From positions 768,001 through 832,000 of the forward strand of contig CAWCPV010000004.1 in assembly GCA_963797555.1 (NCBI GenBank): a stretch of 64,000 nt of DNA, written 5' to 3'. Source of the stretch: an uncultured Gammaproteobacteria bacterium (GTDB lineage: Bacteria > Pseudomonadota > Gammaproteobacteria > CAWCPV01). Both the position numbers and the translations under genes were made by a program. The notes under the pieces are model-generated. The model was not told the DNA's origin and did not search any database. It saw only the letters and a program-made list of their open reading frames with translations. Shown piece after piece: positions 21,800 through 32,816 of this stretch. How positions within the stretch are numbered: the stretch's first letter is position 1; every line of letters begins with the position of its first letter.

Positions 21800-22105
21800 G
21801 GCACCAACTCCGGTGTCCATGAACTGCAGGGGATACTCTTTGCCCTGGTCTTGCTCGATCTTTGCGGACTCCGGGGGATACGCCTCCGGGGCGGCCTTGC
21901 CCGCAAGGCAAACTTCGTCTTCGTGTAGCGGTAGCCGAGGCGGCGCTGCACTGCGCTCCTGCGGCGCTCCTAGACTGCTCCACGACCCAGTGCCCCACTT
22001 CCTTCGCATCCAGCCGGTCCAACGACGATCGGCCTCACGCTGGTCGAGCGCGCCGCGGTACGCCGCACTCAGCGCTGCCGTTCTTCAGGTCGCGGAGCGT
22101 GGTCG
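21800..22105 (-). mobile_element. Highly degenerate IS630-family transposase remnant
   Basis: Fragments across frames (AYRG / DAKEVGHWV / RLGYRYTKTK / GKAAPEA / LQFMD) follow the IS630 HTH-to-DDE order. Confidence 0.55.
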
Positions 22106-22496
22106 AGCATGTCGTATATCATGCACATTGCTTCAGTTGCTTACATGAGAGAGTTCAACTAACTTCTGAGATGCGACCGGTATAAATCTCAGGCTATCGG
22201 CCTGGGTGCGATCTCGGTAGGACGCGCGAGCGAGGAGGGGAACGGACGGGGGTGGAAGCCCCGACGCGGTCTGGACCAGCGGCGGGCGCCCGGTTTGCCG
22301 CTTCACCTGCGACGGCCGTGCTCACTGTGCCTGCGGCCGTCGGAGGACGGGGGCCCGACAGGGGGGCGTGGTGCGGTCTTCTGGTATCGGCATGTCATCC
22401 GAAGCAGGAGAGCCACCACCTGAGCTGCCAGTCGGCGAAGCGGTTCCCCGCAGGCCTCACGTGTCCTTACCCCGAACCTAACGCTGGAGCCCCTCC

Positions 22497-24473
22497 ATGG
22501 CGGAGAATCTGTGGGACGATCAGGACGCTGCCGGGTACCTGGGCGATCTGGCCTTGCGGGTCTATACCTCACGGCTGCTGGGCCGCGATCCTGCACTGGT
22601 CCTGCATGGTGGCGGCAACACTTCCGTGAAGATCCGGGAGCGCAACGTCCTCGGCGAGGAGCAGGACGTGCTTTACGTGAAGGGCTCGGGCTGGGACCTG
22701 GCGACCATCGAGGCTGCGGGGTTTACCCCCATTCGCATGGACCACTTGCTCCGGCTGGCGCGCCTGGAGGCGCTGTCGGACCTGCAGATGGTGAACGAGC
22801 TGAAGACCCAGCAGACCGACGCCGCGGCGCCCACCGGCTCGGTGGAGGCCATTTTGCACGCCGTCCTGCCCTACCGGTACGTCGACCACACCCACGCCGA
22901 CGCCCTGATTACCCTGACCAACACCCCTCAAGGCGAGGCGCGGGTGCGCGAGGCCTGCGGGGACTCGGTTGTGGTGGTCCCCTACGTGATGCCCGGGTTC
23001 GACCTGGCCCGCGTGGTGGCCCAGCGCTTCCCCGCCCAGGCCGACGAGCGGACCATCGGCATGGTGCTGATGAGCCACGGTCTGTTCTCCTTCGGCGCCA
23101 CGGCCCGCGAGTCCTACGAGCGCATGATTGTGCTGGTCAACCGCGTCGAGGATTACCTGAAGGCCCAGGGGGCCTGGGACCTGCCGGAGGCCTCGGCGGG
23201 CGAGCCGACGGCGGGGCGCCGCGTGGAACGGGCAGAACTGCGTCTGCAGGTCTCGGAGGCGGCGGGCTCGCCGATGGTGCTGCGCTGCGAGGACACGGCC
23301 GAAATCCTGGCGTTCTGCCGCCGCGACGACTTGACGCGCATCACCCAGCAAGGTCCGGCGACCCCCGACCATGTCATCCGCACCAAGCGTACCCCGTTGC
23401 TGGGGCGCGACGTGGCGGGCTATGCGGAAGACTACCGGGCCTACTTCGCCGAGCACGCGCCCCGGGCCCGGACGCCGGTTACTCCGCTCGATCCGGCCCC
23501 GCGCGTGATCCTGGACCCGGCGCTGGGCATGCTCACCGCCGGCCGTAGCGCACGGGAGGCGATCATCGTCGCCGACGTGTACCGCCACACCCTGCAGATC
23601 ATCCAGCGCTCCGAGCGCTTGGGCGGCTGGCAGGCGCTGCCCGCCCGGGACATCTTCGATGTGGAGTACTGGGAGCTGGAGCAGGCCAAGCTGCGCAAAA
23701 GCGCGAAGGCACCCGTGTTCCAAGGCGAGATCGCTCTGGTCACCGGGGCCGCCTCCGGGATCGGACGGGCCTGCGTGGAGTCCCTGCTCCAGCGCGGCGC
23801 GGCGGTGGTGGGGCTGGACGTGACCCCCGCGATGCAGGACATGGGTGATCGGCCCGATCTCCTGAACATCGTCTGCGACGTGACCGACACCGGTCAGGTG
23901 CAGACCGCCCTGGACCGGACGGTCCACGCCTTCGGCGGACTGGACATGCTGATCCTCAATGCGGGCCTGTTCCCCGGCGGGACTCGTATTGCGGAGCTGG
24001 ACGAGGTCACCTGGCGGCGGGTGATGGCGGTCAATCTGGACGCCAACCTGAATCTGCTGCGCGACTGCTACCCCCTGCTGAAGCTGGCGCCTGGGCGCGG
24101 CCGGGTGGTGGTCATCGGGTCCAAGAACGTCCCGGCGCCCGGGCCGGGCGCCGCGGCCTACTCAGCGTCCAAGGCAGCCCTGACCCAGCTCATGCGGGTG
24201 GCCGCCCTGGAGTGGGGGCTGGAGGGGATCCGGGTCAACGCGCTGCACCCCGACGCGGTCTTCGACACCGGGCTGTGGACCGAGGAAATTCTGGCGGCGC
24301 GCGCCTCCCAGTACGAAATGACGGTGGAGCAGTACAAGACCAAGAACCTTCTCAGGACCGAAGTGTGCAGTCGCGACGTGGCGGAACTGGCCGCGGAGAT
24401 GTGCGGCGCGCTCTTCGCCAAGACCACCGGCGCCCAGGTGCCGGTCGACGGGGGCAACGACCGAGTAGTCTAA
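22497..24473 (+). CDS. Bifunctional class II aldolase / short-chain dehydrogenase (RhaD-like fusion)
   Basis: LVLHGGGNTSVK, KGSGWDL, VDHTHAD, TPDHVIRTK, EYWELEQAKL. SDR part has TGAASGIG and YSASK. Confidence 0.92.
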   Translation: MAENLWDDQDAAGYLGDLALRVYTSRLLGRDPALVLHGGGNTSVKIRERNVLGEEQDVLYVKGSGWDLATIEAAGFTPIRMDHLLRLARLEALSDLQMVNELKTQQTDAAAPTGSVEAILHAVLPYRYVDHTHADALITLTNTPQGEARVREACGDSVVVVPYVMPGFDLARVVAQRFPAQADERTIGMVLMSHGLFSFGATARESYERMIVLVNRVEDYLKAQGAWDLPEASAGEPTAGRRVERAELRLQVSEAAGSPMVLRCEDTAEILAFCRRDDLTRITQQGPATPDHVIRTKRTPLLGRDVAGYAEDYRAYFAEHAPRARTPVTPLDPAPRVILDPALGMLTAGRSAREAIIVADVYRHTLQIIQRSERLGGWQALPARDIFDVEYWELEQAKLRKSAKAPVFQGEIALVTGAASGIGRACVESLLQRGAAVVGLDVTPAMQDMGDRPDLLNIVCDVTDTGQVQTALDRTVHAFGGLDMLILNAGLFPGGTRIAELDEVTWRRVMAVNLDANLNLLRDCYPLLKLAPGRGRVVVIGSKNVPAPGPGAAAYSASKAALTQLMRVAALEWGLEGIRVNALHPDAVFDTGLWTEEILAARASQYEMTVEQYKTKNLLRTEVCSRDVAELAAEMCGALFAKTTGAQVPVDGGNDRVV

Positions 24474-24772
24474 CGGCTCGTCCCAAACAACTGAATCCAG
24501 TGTCCGTGGGCAGGATGGTGTAGTTTCCACTCGCGCTGGATATTTGAGAGCGGATGACGCGCTGAAACAGGCACAGGACGGCCTGCTTGGGGCCCTGGGC
24601 AAGCCGCCGGCGTGGGAGTTCCCCGTCACCCTCGGTCGGACCTGCGCCGCGGCCTGTGTTAAGGTGCAGTTCGGGGCGGGGCGCGCGGGCGCCGAAAGCG
24701 GCGGCGCGTCAAGGTAGCGGGTTTCAGCCGACGGGGGCGGGCTACCGCTTGAGCCGGGGTGGGGAGGTCGTC

Positions 24773-25801
24773 ATGACACAGCGGGTGACCTGGCTGGTTC
24801 TCGGGTGGGCCCTATGGCTCGCATGCGCCTCGGCCGGGCAGGCCGTGGTGCGTTCGGTGCTGTTCTATTCCCCTACCTGTCCCCACTGCCATGAGGTGAT
24901 GACCAACGCCCTCCCTCCGATCCTCGATCGTTTCGGCAAACAGCTTCGCATCGTCGGTGTGGACGTGACCCGCCCCGCCGGCAAGGCCCTCTATCGGTCG
25001 GCGGTCAAGCGCTACGCGATCCCCGATGATCGTCGCGGTGTGCCGACCTTGATCATCGGGAACACGGTCCTGGTCGGCTCGGAGGAGATTCCCCGCGAGC
25101 TGCCCGACCTGGTGGTCCGCGCCTTGGCTGCTGGCGGCACCGCCTGGCCGGACATCCCGGGGCTGGCCGTGGCGCTTCCCGGGGAGGTCGGTGCCCAGAA
25201 GCTCGCTGCCGACCAGCAGAGCGGTTGGCCGGAGCGGTTTGCGCGAGACCCGCTCGCCAACGGCCTGGCGGTAGCGGCGCTGGGGCTGATGGTCACGATA
25301 GCGGTCCCGGCCAGCCGGCGCATGCCCAAGGCATGGCGAGGCCGCAGCCGGCTCGGCTGGCCGGTGCCGATGCTGGCGCTGACCGGACTCGCCATCGCTG
25401 GTTACCTGGCCTATGTGGAGACCAGCGGAGCGGCGGCCGTGTGTGGCGCGGTGGGAGACTGCAACGCCGTGCAGCAGAGCGCATATGCGCGCCCGTTCGG
25501 CATCCCCATCGCGGTGTTGGGCGTGTGCACCTACCTGACGGTTCTGCTCGCCTGGGGGCTCACCCGCTGGCGGCGCGTGCGGCTGGATGTTTGGGCGCAT
25601 CGGATACTGCTCGTAGCGGCTGCCGCGGGGGCAGCCTTCTCGGCCTATCTGACCTTCCTCGAGCCCTTCGTCATCGGTGCCACCTGTCTCTGGTGCCTGT
25701 GCTCTGCCCTGATCATGACCGCTCTGCTGTGGATCAGCACCCGCCCGGACCCGGTCACGATCGGCGGTCCGCGCAGCGGCGGCCCAAGCGGCGCGCGCTG
25801 A
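24773..25801 (+). CDS. Thioredoxin-like domain (CPHC) fused to VKOR membrane disulfide oxidase
   Basis: Signal peptide and FYSPTCPHC. VKOR part has CGAVGDCNAVQQSAYA...YLTFLEPFVIGATCLWC. ATG 24773 with GGAGG RBS. Confidence 0.85.
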   Translation: MTQRVTWLVLGWALWLACASAGQAVVRSVLFYSPTCPHCHEVMTNALPPILDRFGKQLRIVGVDVTRPAGKALYRSAVKRYAIPDDRRGVPTLIIGNTVLVGSEEIPRELPDLVVRALAAGGTAWPDIPGLAVALPGEVGAQKLAADQQSGWPERFARDPLANGLAVAALGLMVTIAVPASRRMPKAWRGRSRLGWPVPMLALTGLAIAGYLAYVETSGAAAVCGAVGDCNAVQQSAYARPFGIPIAVLGVCTYLTVLLAWGLTRWRRVRLDVWAHRILLVAAAAGAAFSAYLTFLEPFVIGATCLWCLCSALIMTALLWISTRPDPVTIGGPRSGGPSGAR

Positions 25802-26090
25802 TCGCGGCCACGGCGCGGAGGCTGGGCGCATTGGTCAACGCCGTGATGTATTTCCAGCCCTCGGCCGAGAGCGCCTCCTTGCCCCTGGCCTTGATCATGC
25901 CGCGGTCGCCGACCAAGACCACCTCTTCGACGGCGGATTGCTCCTTGAGGACCCGGATTTGCTCGGCGAGCGTGCTGGGGTCGGCCGTATTGCCCTCAAA
26001 TACCGGTACCGCCAAGGGCTCCCCATCATCGGCGCTGAGCAATCCGATGACCATCTGCAGCTTGCCGCGTTTGCCATCGCCGTGTCGTCC
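25800..26090 (-). mobile_element. IS1634-family transposase internal fragment
   Basis: DGKRGKLQMVIGLL...GEPLAVPVFEGNTADPST...VVLVGDRGMIK...WKYITAL. Truncated at both ends. Confidence 0.85.
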
Positions 26091-26861
26091 CGCATGAACT
26101 TGTGCATTACTTGCCGGCCCCGCAGAAAGCATGAGCGGAAATGCTGTGCAACGATAGGCTCTAATCGAATCCATACGACACTGAGCCCGACTCAGATGGA
26201 GTCGGGCACGGTTTCGGTAGAGGTTCGCCGGAGCGGCGAGCAAGGGTGCGATTTCCTTCATCACCTATGGTCGCTGCCGCACGGGAACAGTCTTGGATCT
26301 AGAGTCGTCACTGGGAATTCGGGCCCATATGCCCCTCACCGTTTTTTCCAGTTCGAGGTGGCTGTCCTACGGCGCTCCTTTACACTCACGGAAGCGTACC
26401 CTTGACGGGTAGGGCCTATTGGGTGAAGATTCGCGTCGGATAACGCAGGCGAAATCCCTACGTGCGGTGCAGCATCAGGCCGACAGTGGTTAGGCTGGTG
26501 GGGCATAGATGATCCCGCGAGACCGGCTCTTCCCAACTCGCGGATGTCGTGATGCGTTGGCCGAACTTGAGGCGGGCCGCGACTCCCCGGCGCGCTGCGG
26601 CTCATGGACCGTCTTGGACGGTGGCTCCGACCGAGGCCGCGCCGAGGGGATGGTACGCTGGCTGGAGACTCGACAATGGAAGGCCGGAGTAGTTGCTGCG
26701 CAAAGTCGCGTAAGACGCCTGCGTTTCGAGGCGGTGGCCCGGCCAGGGCGGAGGCACTGACGGTCTGCTCACCGAGCGCCGCTGCCCCGCCGGTTAGCCC
26801 ACACTTGGCGCACTCCCACTACGCGGTGTTGGACCGCTCGCCTCCAAAACCAGGAGATCCG

Positions 26862-27980
26862 ATGACGAACTTTGTGGCCGAACATCGCGCACGCAGCGCG
26901 CACCGCGTCAAGGTCTTCGCGATCGTAGTCACGAGCCTGTTGCTGGGGGCGGGGTGCGCGCGAGAAGAGAAAAAGCCCGAGGACATTCGGCCGGTGAATG
27001 CCGCGCGGGTCATGGAGAACTCCGCCGCGGTCGTGTCGGACTATGCGGGCTACGTGGAGCCCCGCTACGAAATGCCCCTCGCTTTCCGTATTTCAGGCAA
27101 GCTCCTGGAGCGCGACGTGGACGTAGGCGCCTTGGTCAAGCGCGGACAGCTATTGGCACGGCTCGACACCGCCGACCAGGAAGCCAATGTCGCCTCCGCG
27201 CGAGCCCAGGTTCTCTCGGCGGAATCCGACTATGGTCAGGCCAAGGCTGACTACGAGCGCTTTCGGGAGTCGTTCGCAAAGAAGTTCATCAGCGCAACCG
27301 AATTCGATCGCTACAAGACTGCATACAGTGTCGCCGCGCAGCGCGTCGAGCAGGCCCGCGCTCAGCTCAAGCTGACCGAGAACCAATCGGCGTATACGAC
27401 GTTGACGGCCAACTACGACGGGGTTATCACCGCGACCAAGGCAGAGGCGGGCCAGGTGGTGTCCGTTGGAGAGACGGTCGTGACGCTGGCGCGGCCGGAA
27501 GAGAAAGAGGTCGCGATCAGCATACCGGAGAACCGCCTGGGCGAACTCGGCGCGGCCACGGATATCCGGGTGAGCTTGTGGGTGAACCCCAGCCGGTACT
27601 ATAAAGGGAAGCTTCGCGAAGTCTCGCCGATCGCGGACGACGTCACCAGGACCTACCCAGCGAAGGTCACCCTAGTCGACCCGGACGACGCGGTCAAGCT
27701 GGGTATGACTGCCACCGTGTTTCTCACCAGGCCGGCGCCGCCGCATGTTGTGCAGGTGCCGTTGACCGCGTTGTACGAGCGCGATGCCCATCCTTTCGTC
27801 TGGGTGATCGACTCCCAGAAGGGGGTAGTCAAGCTCACTCCCGTCACTGTCGGCAAGTACCTCAAGGATGCGGTGACCATAACCTCCGGGCTGCAGCCTG
27901 GGGAACTGGTGGTAAGTGCAGGCGTCGACAAGCTGATCGACGGACAGAAGGTGCGAGTGCTCCCCGAGGACTGGCGATGA
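26862..27980 (+). CDS. RND efflux periplasmic adaptor (MFP), lipoprotein
   Basis: Lipobox-like GAGC, LAFRISGKL..RDVDVG, lipoyl and alpha-hairpin pattern. AGGAG RBS before ATG 26862. Confidence 0.93.
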   Translation: MTNFVAEHRARSAHRVKVFAIVVTSLLLGAGCAREEKKPEDIRPVNAARVMENSAAVVSDYAGYVEPRYEMPLAFRISGKLLERDVDVGALVKRGQLLARLDTADQEANVASARAQVLSAESDYGQAKADYERFRESFAKKFISATEFDRYKTAYSVAAQRVEQARAQLKLTENQSAYTTLTANYDGVITATKAEAGQVVSVGETVVTLARPEEKEVAISIPENRLGELGAATDIRVSLWVNPSRYYKGKLREVSPIADDVTRTYPAKVTLVDPDDAVKLGMTATVFLTRPAPPHVVQVPLTALYERDAHPFVWVIDSQKGVVKLTPVTVGKYLKDAVTITSGLQPGELVVSAGVDKLIDGQKVRVLPEDWR

Positions 27981-30900
27981 AGCAGTTCAACCTCTCCGAG
28001 TGGGCGCTGGAGCACCAGTCGCTCGTCCTCTACTGCATGATCGCGCTATTTGCCGCTGGCATGTACGCCGTCCACGGTCTGGGTGAGGCGGAAGACCCGG
28101 ACTTCACCTTCAAGCTGATGGTGGTGCAGACGATGTGGCCCGGCGCCACCACCACGCAGGTGGAGCAGGAGATCACGGACCGCATCGAAAAGAAGCTGCA
28201 GGAGACGCCTTGGCTGGGATCTGTCCGTAGCTATTCCAAGCCTGGCGAGTCGACGATCTTCGTGGTGCTGAAAGAGGCCGCTCCACCGAAGGACGTGCCC
28301 GAAATCTGGTACCAAGTGCGCAAGGAGGTGGGGGACATCACGTCTACGTTGCCCGACGGCGTGCAGGGGCCGTACTTTAACGACGAGTTCGGGGACACCT
28401 TTGGCAACGTATATGCCTTTACCGCCGATGGATTCTCCTACGCACAGCTTAAGGATTACGTGGAGGACGTGCGCAAGGAGATCCTGCGCGTCCCCGATGT
28501 CGCCAAGGCCGACCTCGTCGGAGTCCAGGAGGAGCGCATCTACGTCGAAGTGTCCCAAAAAAAGTTTGCCAACCTGGGGATCGATCCGTACCACTTCTTC
28601 GACGATCTCAAGAACCAGAACGCGATGACGCCAGCGGGCCACTTTGACTCCCCGTTCGACCGCTTCTACGTTCGTGTCACGGGCGCCTTCGATTCCGTGG
28701 ATAAGATTCGCGAGATCGGCATCCGGGCGAATGGGCATCTGTTCCGCCTCGGCGATATCGCCCGTGTTTACCGCGCCTACGTCGATCCGCCCGTATTCAA
28801 GATGCGTTACATGGGCCACGATGCGATCGGGCTCGCAGTGTCGATGACGAAGGGTGGCAACATCGTCGAGCTCGGCGAGAACCTCCGTAAGGCATTCGAT
28901 GGCATCAAGGCGAACATGCCCCGCGGCATCGAGGTGTATCAGGTCTCGAATCAGCCCTTGGTGGTTCAACGCTCGGTCAATGAGTTCTTGGAGACGCTCT
29001 TAGCGGCGGTCGTGATCGTCCTCGCCGTCAGCTTCCTCAGCCTGGGATTGAGGACGGGGCTCGTGGTCGCGACCTCGATACCCCTCGTGCTGTGCGTGAC
29101 TTTCCTACTGATGTGGCTTTACGGCATCGACCTGCAACGGATCTCCCTCGGCGCCCTGATCATCGCACTGGGGTTACTGGTCGACGATGCCATCATCGCC
29201 GTGGAGATGATGGCCACCAAGATGGAGCAGGGCTGGGAGCGCAAGAAAGCGGCAAGCTTCGCCTACACGTCCACAGCATTTCCCATGCTCACAGGAACCT
29301 TGGTCACCATTTCAGGTTTTCTGCCGGTGGGCCTCGCAAGGTCTTCGGCTGGCGAGTTCACTTTTTCCCTCTTTGCCGTCGTGAGCATCGCGCTGCTGGT
29401 GTCATGGGTGGTCGCCGTTCTTTTCACGCCTTACATCGGCTACAAGATCCTTCCCGACTTCAAACCTAGGCCGGGGCACGACCACAACGTCTACCAACGG
29501 CCGTTCTATAGGGGTTTTCGTCGCGTCGTGACCTGGTGCGTAACGCACCGCAAGCTGGTAATCCTCGTTACCGTAGGGGTCTTCGCGCTGGCGCTGTTCG
29601 CCTTTCGTTTCGTGCAGGACCAGTTTTTCCCCCCTTCCAATCGACCGGAGCTCATCATGGATTTGAGGCTTCCTGAAGGAGCCTCTTTCGCAGCGACGGA
29701 GCGCGAGGTCGAGCGAATGGAAGGATTGCTTAAAGGCGATCCCAACATCGTCAACTACGTAGCTTACGTCGGCGGCAACACGCCGCGCTTCTACCTGCCT
29801 CTCGACCAGCAACTCAATCAGATCAACATCGCTCAGATCGTCATTCTCGCCAAGGACAACAAGGCGCGGGAGGCAGTCAACGATCGCCTGCAGAAAGTCC
29901 TCGCGGACCAGTTCACCGGCCTGCGCGGGCGCATCAACCGCCTCGAAAACGGACCGCCTGTGGGCTATCCCATACAGTTCCGGGTGAGCGGCAAGGATCC
30001 GAATCTGGTACGGCACTATGCTGAAGAAGTAGCCGCCGTGATGCGTCGGAATCCACATGCGCTGAATGTGAACCTCGACTGGAATGAGCGCACCAAGGTG
30101 ATCAAGCTGAACATCGATCAGAACAAAGCGAGGGCGATCGGGATCGACTCGCAGGATCTATCCGCCGTTTTGAACGCGATCCTCGTCGGCTATGACATCA
30201 CGGAGTACCGGGAAAAGGACAAGCTGATAAAGGTCGTGGCGCGCGCGCCAGCCAACGAGCGCGTCGATGTTGCGGACTTGGGCGATATCACAGTGCCCAC
30301 GTCAAGCGGGAAGTACATTCCTCTGGCTCAAATTGCGAAGCCTTCGTACGAGTTCGAAGACGGCATCATTTGGCGGCGTCAACGACTGCCGACCATCACG
30401 GTCCGTTCCGACATCTTCGGAGACATCCAGGCGCCTGTGGTCACGGCGCAGATCAATCCGGAGTTGGACCCCATCCGGGCCAAGCTCCCCGAGGGCTATT
30501 ACATCGAGGTGGGAGGCGCCACCGAGGACAGCGCCAAGGCCGGGGCGTCCATCGCCGCCGTCATGCCGCTGATGGTGTTGGCGATCATCACCGTGCTGAT
30601 GATTCAGCTTCAGAGCTTGCAGCGGACGTTCCTGGTGCTGTTGACTGCTCCCCTCGGTCTGATCGGCGTGGTGGCGGTCCTGCTTGTGTGGAACGTTGCC
30701 TTCGGCTTTGTCTCCACACTCGGGGTAATCGCCCTGGCTGGCATGATCATGCGCAACGCGGTCATCTTGATCGATCAGATTGAACAGGACCACAAGAGCG
30801 GGCACTCGCACTGGGACGCCGTGGTCGAGGCGACCGTGAGGCGTTTTCGACCAATTATGCTCACCGCCGCTGCCGCGGTCCTGGCTATGATCCCATTGAC

Positions 30901-31042
30901 GCGCAGCAACTTCTGGGGACCCATGGCGGTCGCTATCATGGGCGGGCTGCTCGTAGCCACGGTACTCACGTTGCTCTTTCTGCCCGCACTCTACTCGGCT
31001 TGGTTCCGGATTAAGAGGCCCGAGGCGCAGAGTGGCCAGTGA
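27977..31042 (+). CDS. RND efflux permease (AcrB family, MexK/TriC-like)
   Basis: 1021 aa. FNLSEWALEH, EDPDFTFK, GLLVDDAII, RFRPIMLTA. Confidence 0.96.
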   Translation: MKQFNLSEWALEHQSLVLYCMIALFAAGMYAVHGLGEAEDPDFTFKLMVVQTMWPGATTTQVEQEITDRIEKKLQETPWLGSVRSYSKPGESTIFVVLKEAAPPKDVPEIWYQVRKEVGDITSTLPDGVQGPYFNDEFGDTFGNVYAFTADGFSYAQLKDYVEDVRKEILRVPDVAKADLVGVQEERIYVEVSQKKFANLGIDPYHFFDDLKNQNAMTPAGHFDSPFDRFYVRVTGAFDSVDKIREIGIRANGHLFRLGDIARVYRAYVDPPVFKMRYMGHDAIGLAVSMTKGGNIVELGENLRKAFDGIKANMPRGIEVYQVSNQPLVVQRSVNEFLETLLAAVVIVLAVSFLSLGLRTGLVVATSIPLVLCVTFLLMWLYGIDLQRISLGALIIALGLLVDDAIIAVEMMATKMEQGWERKKAASFAYTSTAFPMLTGTLVTISGFLPVGLARSSAGEFTFSLFAVVSIALLVSWVVAVLFTPYIGYKILPDFKPRPGHDHNVYQRPFYRGFRRVVTWCVTHRKLVILVTVGVFALALFAFRFVQDQFFPPSNRPELIMDLRLPEGASFAATEREVERMEGLLKGDPNIVNYVAYVGGNTPRFYLPLDQQLNQINIAQIVILAKDNKAREAVNDRLQKVLADQFTGLRGRINRLENGPPVGYPIQFRVSGKDPNLVRHYAEEVAAVMRRNPHALNVNLDWNERTKVIKLNIDQNKARAIGIDSQDLSAVLNAILVGYDITEYREKDKLIKVVARAPANERVDVADLGDITVPTSSGKYIPLAQIAKPSYEFEDGIIWRRQRLPTITVRSDIFGDIQAPVVTAQINPELDPIRAKLPEGYYIEVGGATEDSAKAGASIAAVMPLMVLAIITVLMIQLQSLQRTFLVLLTAPLGLIGVVAVLLVWNVAFGFVSTLGVIALAGMIMRNAVILIDQIEQDHKSGHSHWDAVVEATVRRFRPIMLTAAAAVLAMIPLTRSNFWGPMAVAIMGGLLVATVLTLLFLPALYSAWFRIKRPEAQSGQ

Positions 31043-31166
31043 GAAGGGCGTGCACACTCCGATTATGAGCGGCCGATGCTCTCGGCAAGGTTCCACGAAT
31101 GCTTCTAGCGGGCGTGTCCAGGGCCAACCCTCGGAGACGCGGCTCACCACGGTGGAATCCACCCAA

Positions 31167-31820
31167 ATCGAGCCGACCGGGGTAGCGGTGGGTAAATAGG
31201 GAGGTGGAGGTTTGGCTAGTTGTTCATGACTCTCCACTATTGTTCATTGCCTCACTCGAGGAGACGGGACCATGACAGAAGAGAGAGCTTCAGGGGTGAT
31301 GTCAGATACCGTAGTGCGTTTGTTTGGCAGGGGTGAGGCGTTTGACTCCGAAGGGTTCATCGGTTTTTTCACCGACAAGCCGATGTACCAGTTTGGTAAT
31401 GGCGAGCCCTGCTTGAACAAAGCGGCCATCAAGGCTTCGGTGGACAACTTTTTCGGTAGTGTGGCGGCGCTCTATCACGACATCAGGAACCTGTGGGAAG
31501 TAGGGGATGTGGTGTTTGTCGAGATGGACGTGACGTATTGGCGCAAAGACGGGACGTCCATCACCTTGCCTTGCTGCGATATCTTCCGGTTCTCGGGCGA
31601 CCAAGTGGCGGAGCTGCGTATCTTCATGGATGCGAATCCTGTGTTTGACAAGTCCATGGTGGTGTCCGCCTCTGCGTCGGTGATGACGGTGAGCGAAGGC
31701 AAGCGGGTGACGCCGCCCGGGACGATGAGGAAGTATTTTGCTGAGCATCCGGAGGGGATCGCCAGGGCGACCCACGGCTTCCCCCCCAAGTGGTCTATCG
31801 CAGGACCGAAATGGCCGATA
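31167..31820 (+). repeat. 654-bp direct repeat, copy 1
   Basis: Appears identical to 32163..32816 (offset 996 bp), from ATCGAGCCGACCGGGG to GAAATGGCCGATA. Confidence 0.95.
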
Positions 31821-32195
31821 GTCTCCAAGCTGGATCGAGTGAGGGCTATGGAAGGCGCGGCATGGTCGGGGAACTGGGAATTGTTCAAGACGTTCCTAGC
31901 CGAAGATGCCTCCATGGCAGTCGGGAATCGTGGCGTAGTGCGGACCCCGCAAGGCATCGCAGACTGGTTAAAACTCCATCTCGCGACGGAGCTGACCGTG
32001 ACCGATGCCAAGTTTTTAGGATTCTGGGAGACTCCAAACGAAGTGATTGCAGAAATGCATATGCGAGGATTTCGATTCGCCGATAATCAGAATGTAACGT
32101 TTCCTTGCCTCGACATTTACGGATTTCAGGGTGACAAGGTTCGCGATTGGCGAGTCTATGCGATCGAGCCGACCGGGGTAGCGGTGGGTAAATAG
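31272..32195 (+). CDS. Double NTF2/SnoaL-like domain protein A
   Basis: Two NTF2-like domains (VFVEMDVTY...LPCCDIFRF...ELRIFMD and IAEMHMRG...FPCLDIYGF...DWRVY). Lower GC than the host. Confidence 0.8.
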   Translation: MTEERASGVMSDTVVRLFGRGEAFDSEGFIGFFTDKPMYQFGNGEPCLNKAAIKASVDNFFGSVAALYHDIRNLWEVGDVVFVEMDVTYWRKDGTSITLPCCDIFRFSGDQVAELRIFMDANPVFDKSMVVSASASVMTVSEGKRVTPPGTMRKYFAEHPEGIARATHGFPPKWSIAGPKWPIVSKLDRVRAMEGAAWSGNWELFKTFLAEDASMAVGNRGVVRTPQGIADWLKLHLATELTVTDAKFLGFWETPNEVIAEMHMRGFRFADNQNVTFPCLDIYGFQGDKVRDWRVYAIEPTGVAVGK

Positions 32196-32816
32196 GGAGG
32201 TGGAGGTTTGGCTAGTTGTTCATGACTCTCCACTATTGTTCATTGCCTCACTCGAGGAGACGGGACCATGACAGAAGAGAGAGCTTCAGGGGTGATGTCA
32301 GATACCGTAGTGCGTTTGTTTGGCAGGGGTGAGGCGTTTGACTCCGAAGGGTTCATCGGTTTTTTCACCGACAAGCCGATGTACCAGTTTGGTAATGGCG
32401 AGCCCTGCTTGAACAAAGCGGCCATCAAGGCTTCGGTGGACAACTTTTTCGGTAGTGTGGCGGCGCTCTATCACGACATCAGGAACCTGTGGGAAGTAGG
32501 GGATGTGGTGTTTGTCGAGATGGACGTGACGTATTGGCGCAAAGACGGGACGTCCATCACCTTGCCTTGCTGCGATATCTTCCGGTTCTCGGGCGACCAA
32601 GTGGCGGAGCTGCGTATCTTCATGGATGCGAATCCTGTGTTTGACAAGTCCATGGTGGTGTCCGCCTCTGCGTCGGTGATGACGGTGAGCGAAGGCAAGC
32701 GGGTGACGCCGCCCGGGACGATGAGGAAGTATTTTGCTGAGCATCCGGAGGGGATCGCCAGGGCGACCCACGGCTTCCCCCCCAAGTGGTCTATCGCAGG
32801 ACCGAAATGGCCGATA
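32163..32816 (+). repeat. 654-bp direct repeat, copy 2
   Basis: Same sequence as 31167..31820. Confidence 0.95.
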
